From the NCBI RefSeq assembly GCF_009914755.1, contig NC_060928.1: a DNA stretch of 64,000 nt; one strand, 5' to 3'. The number at the start of each line of letters is the position of its first letter. The stretch's first letter is position 1. Origin of the DNA: the human T2T-CHM13v2.0 reference genome, Homo sapiens. This document shows, in pieces, positions 52,990 through 64,000 of the stretch. Position numbers and translations under genes: made by a program. Under the pieces are notes generated by a model. That model made no database searches. It saw only the letters and a program-made list of their open reading frames with translations, and was not told where the DNA came from.

Positions 52990-53270
52990 TCAATAATAAT
53001 AGCCAATATTTTTTGAGAGCTTACTCTGAGCCAAATGTAGAACTCTTTAATCCTATAGACTATATATATATACGGTCCCATCGAATCCTTACAACAGCTT
53101 TATAGGTTCAATACCATTACCCCTCTTTCACAGATAAGGAATATGAAGCCCAGAGGACTTGTCCAACTAATTTGCCCAGAAGCCTAATGGCTAATGGGTG
53201 GCATAACAGGTATTTAAATCCAGGCAGGCTAAGTCCCCAGCCCATTTACACATAATCACGAGGCCACAGC
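52990..53270 (-). mobile_element. MIR
   Basis: 'aataataatagccaatatttttgagagcttactctgagcca...ttcacagataaggaatatgaagcccagag...ggtatttaaatccaggcag'. Confidence 0.8.
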
Positions 53271-53649
53271 TATCTCTGTTAGATGTGTGAGCCATTATTT
53301 ATCCAAGGTGCAAGCAGGAATTAACTTCAGAAATAAGGGCTCGCCTGAGAAATGGGATCCAAGGAGAAATGGAAAGATTTGTGTCCTTGAGTCAGAGGGA
53401 AATCTACTTTCCTTAGATGGTGGGGTGGATAACTTGTACCTAGAAGAGGAGATGACAGCAAGAAGGAGAGACTTGTTCAGTATTCTCTCTAAGAGATGTG
53501 AGGTCCACCTAGGCATGGCACTGAAGGAACAGAGAGTAGGACATTAAGAGGGATGAATAGTTCGTGCATCCATAGTTTTACCTGTTAATAGGAGGAATAT
53601 TTGGAACACTCACTATCTTTTCCTACCTCTCTAGTACATACAAATGTAT

Positions 53650-53950
53650 GAGAAACATTTATTGACATCTGTGTGTAAGAAGCACTGTGCTAGATGCTGA
53701 TGATACAGTGGTGGATGAAACAAACATGGAAACAAACACAGATGAAACAAACACAGAACCTGTCTCGTGTTCTCAAGGTCTAGCTGGGAAATAGGTATTC
53801 ATCAAAGTGTAAAATAATCACATTAAAATGTGAAATTGAAAGTGCTACAAGTGTCAAAGAGAGACACACAGGACTAAGAGCTCTCTGATAAGGAAATTTA
53901 ACCTGCTTAGCATGTTAATGGACTGTTTCTCTAGGGAAGTGAGTCTCTGA
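53650..53950 (-). mobile_element. L2 3' end
   Basis: 'aaacatttattgac...agcactgtgctagatgctgatgatacagtggtg'; carries a short tandem GAAACAAACA repeat at 53714-53757. Confidence 0.7.
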
Positions 53951-54114
53951 CTTTTTAAAAAATATACATACAGTGTTTGTTTGTCAACTGTATCTCGACA
54001 AAGCTAGAAAAGTGGAAGCAGATGGCACACATTTTCGTTTGTGCAAGATGAATAATTCCTAGAGATCTACTGTACAGCATAGTCTTTATAGGAAATAATA
54101 ATTGTTTTATATAT

Positions 54115-54912
54115 TTTTTCTTTTTTAAGTTTTATTTTAGGTTCAGGACATACATGTGCAGATTTGTTTCATGGGTAAATTTCATGTTGCTGGGGTTTGG
54201 TGTACCAATGATTTCGTCACCCAGGCAGTGAGCATAGTCCCCGACAGGTAGTTTGTTGACTCTCACTCTCCTCTCACCCTCCATCCTCAAGTAGGCCTCA
54301 GTGTTTTTTGTCCCCTACTTTGTGTCCATGTGTACTCAATGCTTAGCTCCCACTTAAAAGTGAGAACATGCAATATTTGACTTTCTATATCTGCATTAAT
54401 TTACTTAGGATAATGGACTCTACCTACATTCACTGCTACAAAGGACATGATTTCATTCCTTTTTATGGCTGTGTAGTATTCCATGGTGCATATGTACCAT
54501 ATTTTCTTTATCCACCACTGATGGGCATCTTGGTTGATTCCACATCTTTGCTATTGTGAGTAGTGCTACAATAAACGCATAAATGCATGTGTCTTTTTGG
54601 TAGACAATTTATATTCCTTTGAGTGTATACCTGGTAATGAGATTGCTGGGTGAATGGCAGTTCTGAGTTCTTTGAGAAATCTCCATACTGCTTTCCACAG
54701 TGGCTGAATCAATTTACATTTCCACCAACAGTATATAAGCATTCCCTTTGCTCTGCAACCTCTCCAGCACCTGCTATTTTCTGACTTTTTCATAATAGCC
54801 ATTCTGACTGGTGTGAGATGGTATCTCATTGTGGTTTTGGTTTGTATTTCTCTAATGATCAGGCATTTTGGGCATTTTTTTCACATGCTTTTTGGTCATG
54901 TGTATGTCTTCT
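54115..54912 (-). mobile_element. 5'-truncated old L1PA (L1PA13-16-like)
   Basis: 'ttttattttaggttcaggacatacatgtgcag...cacccaggcagtgagcatagt'; the minus-strand ORF '[25 protein letters not shown]...[16 protein letters not shown]' is the ORF2 C-terminus. Confidence 0.95.
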
Positions 54913-56249
54913 AACTACAAAGTTAATTAAGCAAAGAGATGTATCCCCAAGAATTTACAATGGATAACTTATATCTACAAATAATTTTATCAGTGTAAAC
55001 TAAATGTATTTTAACATTAAATCTGTATGAGCAACAGGAAATAAAGAACTCTGCAGCAGCTTCTGAAGAACACAACATGTCAACCTGAATAATTCAGATG
55101 ACATTCTCTCTCTCTCTGTCTCTCTCTCTCCTTCATATGTATTTATCCCTTTATTTATTGGCATATTTGCAAGATATTCACCCGTTAAGTGCTTCTTAAA
55201 ATTAGGTATAAATGAAAAAATATTTGGAGAGTTTGATAATTGCAGATTGCATCTCTCATGCCAAGAGATTCTTTGACCTTAGTGTCCGGGGCAGAGTCTG
55301 GGAATCTACATTATTGACAGGAACACCAGACAATTTTGATGAAGGGAACCAAATCCTAGCACCACAGCTAAGAAATATAGCCCTAGTTTTTTAATAATCT
55401 ATTCCATATTTGTATTTTATCCACTATGCTTATTTAAATATAATCTTAGTATTATAATATAACCTATATTTTATTCCATCTATTAATATTACCATCTTAG
55501 TGGCATATAATATAATGTACAATCCACTTAACAGAAGGCTATATTTACATTTTCTGTATGCATTCCCTGTTTCAGGTAAACTCAGTTAGGTAATTGGAAT
55601 CTCCAAACAAAACGATTTCTTTATCAAATTTAGATGTGCTAGCAGACCAAGAGCAAGATGAATGAACCAGTCAGAAGCTTTACTACAGCTATGTTTAAAA
55701 CTGCCATGAAATACAAGAAATCACAAAAAGATGCCAGAGGACAGAGCTGTTAGAAGATTATAAGATTGTGTAACATTTGCTCTTAGTTATTAGTGTTAAG
55801 AAAATAACTCAGTGATGATAAGGAAAGTGTAGAATGGATTCCAGAAAACGAAAGTTTTATTCAAGTGTCATCTACATGTTAAAGGATTAAATTGAAGGTC
55901 TTAGTAATTATTTCTAAAATGAAAAAAAATCATAAATGCATTGCCCATGCATGATAATATGGTCTTCAGAAGCTTAGGAGATCTTGCTGCTAAAATCCAA
56001 AAATGGAACTAAACCAAAATTACACTCCTTTTACATCCTGGTCGGTGTCTAACATTTTATAGTTTGAGCATTCTTCTGACAGCTTCACTTTTTCTGCTTC
56101 TTCTTTTTTTCCCCAATATGGGTTACTGACACCTCAGCATGAATTACCTTAGAGGCTTTCCTGAGAGTAGGTTATCATGGAGGGAAGGAGAGGATAAAGC
56201 ACCGAAAAGAAAATTCACATAGTTTACCTTTTAAACTTTGAAGGAGTCA

Positions 56250-56560
56250 TCAATGATGGCAAGAAAGATGCTGAAGAGAATGGCCAAATGCTAATATAAT
56301 TATCTTGAACATAAATGATATAATCATGGGCTCAACGGGACTGAAATTGAGATTACAGATTGAAGCCAAGGCAGTATGGAATGGCAGGAGTGACTGAAAG
56401 TAACTAGGGCTCAGAAAGATGGTCCATGTCTTTTTGTGGATAGGATTTGAATTATGTCTGGAATTGTTTTGAGTAGTAGTTTGAATTAGGGAAGAGAAAA
56501 AGGTAGCTGAAGAGCCTTTTAATAAGGGAATAGGGAAGGTGTGCAGGTGCTTGAAGGAGA
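56250..56560 (-). mobile_element. L2 fragment
   Basis: Purine-rich antisense L2-like sequence 'ggaagagaaaaaggtagctgaagag'. Confidence 0.4.
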
Positions 56561-58378
56561 GAGTCATAGTCAAGAGTGGTGAGGCTGAAGTAACAGAATC
56601 ACATGTGGCCCTGTGAGTGCCTTCCAGATGTACCAAAGAGGACTCTCTGGGGCCAGAGGGGGGATCTCATCATCTGTATACTTATAAAGCACCTCCGGTG
56701 ATTCTAATGTGGGCCTTCAGTTCAAAGGAGCTCATCTAGGCTATAGAGTTTGAGGGAAAGAATTGTGTGGATGGGACAGTAAAATTCCTATTTATTTTAA
56801 GAGATGTCATGAATTAAATAGCTAATAGGTTGAGTTCCACACTTCACTTTTCCAGAACTATCTCTGTTAAAAGAAATTTTACATAATATATATTATTTTC
56901 ATTGCTCAAAATACTAAGGTTCATTTGGGAAAATTCAAAAAGAAAGATGAAGAAAGAATTAATATAGTACTCATGCCATAAATATAGTTAACTTTTGTAT
57001 ATATTTACTCTGAGTTTTTTTCACTGTCATGTTTAAAAATATGTGATTGTAATTTACATCCAACTTCATATCTTGCAGTTAAAATAAATACTTTTTTTGT
57101 GGTAAACATGTTTCATTTTATATAGGTTTTCAGTAATGAGTTTAGTAGTGAGGTCATATATGAATGACTATTAAATTATTTGTAGGTATCATATTTCTGA
57201 ATAAACCTAAGGTCACAAATGGGAGTGTAAACCTACTTATAATTTATGCTATTGTGTGACTTCTCTACTTTTCCTTATGTGCCTGTATGTCCCCTCTCCC
57301 ACTTCTTCCTTCCTTCCTTCTTTCCTGCCTGCTTTCCTTCCTTCTTACTTTCTTCCCTTCTTTCCTGACTAGGAGGAGCTCTCTGTCATCCTTGCTAGAG
57401 TGGGATGAAGCAGAACAATTCAAAGAACTCCATAAAATACTGACGTATGCATGCCTGCACATATATACAAGCTTTTATTAAACCCTCTCTATAAGTGAAA
57501 AAAAATAGATTCCTAATAGTAACTTTCACTGAAAAACATTCTGGGGTAATCATATGTTAAGGAACTAACATGAATAGCTAAATTAAATGGTTTCTCCATA
57601 AGTGAGCAAAATATAATATGTATAGACATGGTCTGAGAGCAAAAACTTCATGGTGCCCCCCAGGCCAAAAGAAGCACCTAAGACTACATCTTATCAAGTA
57701 GATAGGTCCATTTGAAAAACACACATATAAATTGAAAAAATTGTATTATTTTATTCTTAATAAACACAACTACATACTAATGAGATATATGTGTGCCTGG
57801 CGGGCTCTGCACAACTTCTCACGCCACTTCTACTCTCATTTCCTCTTCCTCTCTGACTTTCCACATGATAATTTCTTTGTATCACAGCAACTATTTCTTA
57901 AACCAAGCTTCATAAAAATATGTCATCAAAAGGTATGTGGCACAATTTCATACTGACCCTGTGAAATAGCTCAAGCTGTACTTTGTGCAGTGCCTGATAG
58001 ATATTAAATGTTGGTATCTAACAGGTATTGATCATGTCTGGGCTTTCCTCTAAAATGTCAAATACCCCATGAGCACTCATGTGAATTTGCTGTGGTTATC
58101 TGGGTTACATCAGTGCAAAATTGGGAACCATGCACTTAGCATCATCTGAAAATTTTAATTTGTTCTACATGTTTCATAGTTATATGCCTGATGAAAGCAT
58201 TCAATAGCATGAATATGAATAAATAACCCTTTTTCAGTGGAGTCAAACCAAATACCAAATTGGTAAATTTCACAATTAATTATATATATGTATATAAAAT
58301 ATATATATCTTTAAAAGTTATATATAAAACATTTAAAATTAAGTAATATGCCTATGATATAAAGTACTACATATTTTT

Positions 58379-58525
58379 ATATATCAAATATATTTTATAA
58401 ATATATATCAAATATCTTATATAAATATAAATATATAATATATTTGATATATATAATATATTATATATAATATATATATTTGATATATATAATATATTAT
58501 ATATAATATATATATTTGATATATA
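58379..58525. repeat. AT-rich minisatellite (36-bp period) with inverted units
   Basis: The G of ATATTTGATATAT falls at 58446, 58482 and 58518; two reverse-complement copies (ATATATCAAATAT) lie at 58379 and 58403. Confidence 0.85.
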
Positions 58526-58594
58526 TTTTTTTTCTGTTGGGGAAAGCTAAGTGATTTCACTGACTTTCAGTGTCAGATGCCCTTGTCAAATTTA

Positions 58595-58730
58595 ATATAT
58601 GCCTCTTATTTTACAGTGGAAAAATCTGAAGTTCAGATAGATTAAATGACATTTTCAAATCACATAGCAAGTGAACCACATGTTCAAGACATTGCTCAGA
58701 TCTTCTAAGACCAACTTCTATGCATTACTC
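58595..58730 (-). mobile_element. MIR
   Basis: 'attttacagtggaaaaatctgaagttcagatagattaaatgac...aaatcacatagcaagtg'. Confidence 0.7.
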
Positions 58731-59187
58731 AACAATAAGGCCATGTGTAGAGTACAGGTAGCTCTCCACACTTCCTTCCTCCTGGGCTATACTACCCAGT
58801 GAAAGTAGTGTTGAGAATGTGGCAGTTAAATATTGAAATTGGTTACTAGGAAACCTTGCATTGTGTTCTTGCCTAGGGTTTTAACAAGCTTAAATACCAT
58901 TCAGTTTAAGTAAACCAATACAAGAGTAAATCTACTTAAAACCTACAGTCTGGAAGTAGAAATTGCCTCCTAGTGTAATTTTTCCTTTTTACAAATTGTT
59001 TATGTGTACTGAACACCATGTTCATCTAAGTGCACACATTGTAAATACCCCTTCTATTTTCATTGTGTATTCTTACCTATTGGGCTTCTACTGGCAGAGA
59101 AATTTTTAGATTTTGCAGTCTCTGGCTCTGCCTTTACTGGAAAATTGCTCTTTAATGTGTGTATTGAACAAACAAACAACATCTAAA

Positions 59188-60945
59188 ATAGAGTATAAGG
59201 CCCTAGGAATACAGCTAACAAGGGACATGAAAGACCTCTGCAAGGAGAAATACAAACTACTGCTCAAGGAAATGAGAAGACACAAACAAATGGAAAAACA
59301 TTTCATCCTCACAGATAGAAAGAATCAATATTGTTAAAATGGCCATACTGCCCAAAGTAATTTATAGATTCGATGCTATTCCCATCAAACTACTATTGCC
59401 ATTCTTCACAGAATTAGAAAAAAAACTACTTTAAAATTTATATGGAACCAAAAAAGAGCCCATATAGCCAAGACAATCCTAAGCAAAAAGAACAAAACTG
59501 GAGGCATCATACTACCTGACTTCAAACTATATACAAGTCTACAGCAACCAAAATAGCATGGTACTTGTACCAAAACAGAAATATAGACCAATGGAACAGA
59601 ACAGAGACCTCAGAAATAACACCACAAATCTGCAACCATCTGAACTGGACAAAAACAAGCTATGGGGAAAGGTTTCCTTATTTAATAAATGGTGCCAGGA
59701 AAACTGGCTAGCCATATGCAGAAAACTGAAACTGGACCCCTTCCTTACACCTTATACAAAAATTTACTTAAGATGGATTAAAGACTTAAACGTAAAACCA
59801 AACCCCAAACCATAAAAATCCTAGAGAAAATCTAGGCAATACCGTTAACGACATAGGCATGGGCAAAGACTTCCTGACGACAACAACAAAAGCAACTGCA
59901 ACAAAAGCCAAAATTGACCATTAAACTAAAGAGCTTCTGCACAGCAAAGTAAACTATCATTGGAATGAACAGACAACCTTATACAATGTGAGACAAGTTT
60001 GCAATATACCCATTTGACAAAGGTCTAATATCAAAAATCTACGAAGAACTTAACCAAATTTATAAGAAAAAACAAACAACCCCATAAAGAAGTGGGCAAA
60101 GGATCTGAACAGACACTTCTCAAAAGAAGACATTACGTGGTCAACAAACATATGGGGAAAAAAAGCTCAACATCACTGATCATTAGAGAGAGAAATGCAA
60201 ATCAAAACCACAGTGAGATACCATCTCATGTCAGTCAGAATGGTGATTATTAAAAAGTTAAGAAACAATAGATGCTGAAGAAGCTGTGGAAAAATAGGAA
60301 CACTTTAACACTGTTTGGGATTGTAAATTAGTTCAAACATTGTGGAAGACAGTGTGACGATTCCTCAAGGATCTAGAACCAGAAATACCAATTGACCCAG
60401 TGATCCCATTACTGGGTATATACTCAAAGGAATATAGATCATTCTACTTTAAAGACACACGTACATGTATGTTTACTGCAGCACTATTTACAATAGTAAA
60501 GACATGGAACCAACCCAAATGCCCATGAATGATAGACTAGATAAAGAAAATGTGGTACATATACATCATGGAATACTATGCAGCCATAAAAAGGAATGAA
60601 ATCAGTCCTTTGCAGGGACATGGATGAAGCTGGGAGCCATCATCCTCAGCAAACTAATGCAGGAACAGAAAATCAAACACTGCATGTTCTCACCCATAAG
60701 TGGGAGTTGAACAATGAGAACACATGGACACAGGGAGGGGAACAACACACACTAGGACCAGTTGGTGGTTTGGGGGTGAGGGGAGGGAGAGCATTAAGAC
60801 AAACTGCTAATGCACGTGGGGCTTAAAACCTAGATGACGGGTTGATAGGTGCAGCGAATCACCATGGCACAAGTGTACCTACGTAACAAACCTACACGCT
60901 CTGCACTTGTATCCTGGAACTTAAAGTAAAATAAAATAAAATATA
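59188..60945 (+). mobile_element. 5'-truncated L1PA (L1PA8-10-like), ORF2 C-terminal pseudo-coding region plus 3' UTR
   Basis: ORFs '[25 protein letters not shown]' and '[30 protein letters not shown]'; 3' end 'ggggcttaaaacctagatgacgggttgataggtgcagc...gaacttaaagtaaaataaaa'; several frameshifts. Confidence 0.95.
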
Positions 60946-60989
60946 AAACTAAAATGCAAACAATATATATACTGCAAGGCAAAGGGATG

Positions 60990-61508
60990 GGTAATGATAT
61001 TTCTCTTAGACTATCATCAATTCCTTCCCTCCATTGTATATAAGTGCCATTTTCTCATTCACAGGTAGAGTATATTCCTCTTCTCCCTTTGTATATAGTG
61101 TGATCTTAGAGACTTGTTTCCCCCAAAGGATCAGCAGAAGAGATGTTCTGGGCCTTGAGAGGTCATAAGAAGCCTTATAGTTTCTGCCTGGGTCACATAG
61201 AACACTCTCTTTTAGAAGCTTTTCTCTTTGGAAAGCTAAAATCCATGTTATAAGTCTAAATACTCTGAGACTGTCATGTGTAAACAGGGGGAAGCATGAG
61301 CTTCCAAGTACTATCACCAACTCAGCTCAGGAGCCAGGACATGTGAGTCAAGTTACCATCATTCTTCAGTTGATGCCACATGGATCAGAGATGAACCGCC
61401 TAACTGGGCCTTTCCTGAACTTCTGACCCACAAAGAGCAACATAAAATAACTGTTTTAAGCCACTGAGTTTTGGGGTAGTTTGTTAGGTTGCAATAAGAA
61501 AGCAGGGT
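60990..61508 (+). mobile_element. MLT1G/H-like solo LTR
   Basis: 'atgccacatggatcagagatgaacc...cttctgacccaca...ctgttttaagccactgagttttggggtagtttgtta'. Confidence 0.8.
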
Positions 61509-64000
61509 AGGATGATCACATGCCCTTTTAATGTCACGTTGGAGCATCATCTTAAGACCCTAAAGGTCAGTTGACTTGCCAGGTTAAAGTGTCTTATTTA
61601 GTTTGACTTATTGTGTGCCCTAGATTACAGTCCAGCCCCATAAAGTTTGATGCAAACTTATAGAAAATTGTGAAATTTTATTTTTCCCAGCAGAGATGCA
61701 AATAATTTCTGCCTGGTGAGAAATATAAGTCCAAAAGTTATGGCTTTATAGCACAGCAGGATATCTACCACTTTTGCATTAACGCATCAGTCTTATCCAG
61801 GATTCTTCCTTTCACTGACTATATATGCATTCACATTTGGGATCCTACTTTGAACCAGCTTTGTTGTTGTGCCGGTTCCCTTTAATTTATCAATTAAATA
61901 GATCTTTGACATATACTCACTATATATTTTGTTTGAGAATAATGTCTTTAACTTTGGAAATTATACTTTGACATATGTAAAAGATTGTTCTTCACCACTG
62001 GGTTCTACATTGACTCAGTATCACATATCCCAGTTAAATGCAATGGAGAAATATATTTCATAAAGAAGATGGTATCCCAATGCTGGCTAAAGCCAAGAAG
62101 TATTTCTATCTAGGTTTACAAAGGGTTGGGGTACCTCCTCCATAAAGCATTTCTCTAATTCTTCCCATACACAAGATTCATTTAAAACAAAAACAAAAAC
62201 AAAAACAAATGACCATTCCTCCTTGGGGTCTCAAAGCTGCTGTCAGAGTCCACTCAGAAATCTCAATCTGTTTAATGTATTTCTTTATTTAAAAGCCTGT
62301 GTACCCTTAACAGACTAGAGACAATCAATAGCAGGTCTGTGTGCAATTCATCTTTACACGGACAGTGTCTAGCATACAGTCTCAATAAAGATTTCTTTGT
62401 AGGAGTGGTGCGTAATAAAATCGTATATGGATTTTATATAATTCCTTTGTATAATAAAAGAGTAATGAGTCATGAATTAAATGCTACTTGCATTATTCAT
62501 TTCATGTTCTGAAATTTTTATTTTGAATAAAACATTTCACCATCTCCAAAATGCTGTGTGAAAACTGTATATAAATCTTTCACTTCCCCTTTCTCAGGAG
62601 ATATCAATAGTAATTTAGCATGAGAAAGAGCTTTGATTTTACTTGTACTCTTTTTAAAAAAATTAAAACTTAAATTTGTTTTCAGTGTATGATTCAAAAA
62701 TATATATCAAATTATGTCTCTATATGCTACAAGGATAAACACTTATTAAATAAAATTGAAATTTCTAAAATGGTGCATGTTTCCTCTTTAGCCATGGGTC
62801 TTCTGTGCATGTTTCAGATAATCAAATGAAAATTTGCATTGATTAAATTCTGAATTCCACTTAAAAATGTCCCTTCCTTTGTTCTTAGTTAAAATTCAAA
62901 CTGTGAATCATTTGCATTTAAATACCCTTTTAGATTTGGTTCCTTACTAGTATCAATATCCATTTGGATGATTGCTAAAAAGTAAAAATCTCAGCAACAT
63001 GCTGCATATGTTGCTTATAATCCTGCTTAATTGCTTTGAATTTGCAATTAAAAACTCAAAACAAAAATAAAAAGCCAAATCCACAGAAATAAAAATCATA
63101 GCAAATGATATGCCCAGTTTAGGAAGTAGCATACGTTTTACTTTGAATGACTACTTGCTTTTCTTGAATAAGACACCTGCCTTATTCATATTGCATACAA
63201 ATATTTTAAGAAATTTAGCCTATGAGATTTGTGAAGTTCACGATTTGATGACCATTTCTTGCCCATTCAAACTTTACTGGACTACTCGCTACAAATGAAG
63301 GTCAGAGAAGGAAGTCAATTTTTCATCAGAACAAACTTGATTAGATTGACTAGTTTTTCAAAAAGTGAAGTTTTTTTTAAAAAGACTATTTTAAAGTAGT
63401 ACACTTATATAGACTTTTTTATATGTGTATTTGATGCAGCCCCAATTATATCCATTCAGGTATTAACTCCTTCTGCTCCTTCTCCTCCATGAAAGGAAAA
63501 GCAGGCATAGATCCAAACAGAAATATCCATATGACCTATTGAGAATCTATATTATAACCAAATGGCCATTAGGATATCTAGGTTCCATAATTTTTGCTAC
63601 AAGGCAATTATTGAAACTTTAAATACTAGTTCTACAAGAGGGACTTAATAAGCTTAAAAATATTCACTAAATGTATCAAGCATTTAAATAAAGCAAGACA
63701 ATCAGTTTTCAATATACTAAATACCATAACTACATGTTCAGCTAGTTTGATTATTAATATTTCCTAACTAGGAACTTATTAGCCTTTGTTTGTTTAACCT
63801 AAGAAGTTAAGTACATGACTTTATTAGCTTCTCTGAGCTTTTCTTACATTACTGGAGTTAAGATAATTCTTCCACTTCAGCTGGCTGTGCTCACTTTTTG
63901 GTCCTGTGCTCTTCCTCCCTTCCTCAAATTTCTTCCTTTTGGCCAGTGGCCTGATTTGTGGGTTTACTTCTTTTCTTTGGGAATCAGCTTCCACATTCCA

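Noticed and set aside
53714-53757. Short direct repeats (GAAACAAACA x3) as a possible spacer array
   Set aside because: No unique spacers of regular length; simple slippage inside an L2. Nothing CRISPR-like exists in the window.
59188-60945. Active L1 or intact ORF2
   Set aside because: 5'-truncated to ~1.75 kb, with frameshifts, stops and small deletions.

Overview
AT-rich primate genomic DNA, probably human or another catarrhine (AluS, an AluY-type fragment, L1PA, THE1/MST). It reads as intergenic or deep-intronic. I find no credible protein-coding gene, RNA gene, CpG island or CRISPR-like array. The ORF track is explained by chance ORFs and decayed Alu, L1, MaLR and ERV frames. Much of the window is transposable-element debris. 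The largest structure is a ~9.7 kb two-LTR MER4-group/ERV1-type provirus (11740-21422; LTR37-like LTRs, tRNA-Leu PBS, PPT, env TM remnant). It contains a THE1 solo LTR and a complete MST element, each with a perfect 5-bp TSD. Also present are ERVL gag/pol remnants, many MLT1 LTRs, L1/L2/L3, MIR, MER5/MER82 and Alus. I see no evidence for a genuinely new biological system. The most interesting signals are local mutational footprints: (i) a probable L1PB 3' transduction that splits a MER5 element, (ii) a ~110-bp templated copy of the MST 3' LTR about 1.25 kb downstream, (iii) several fold-back inverted duplications, one a ~60-bp-stem hairpin spanning a MIR/MLT1 junction, and (iv) two non-coding exon/enhancer candidates. 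Subfamily names come from recalled consensus sequences, not a database search, and boundaries of old elements are approximate.
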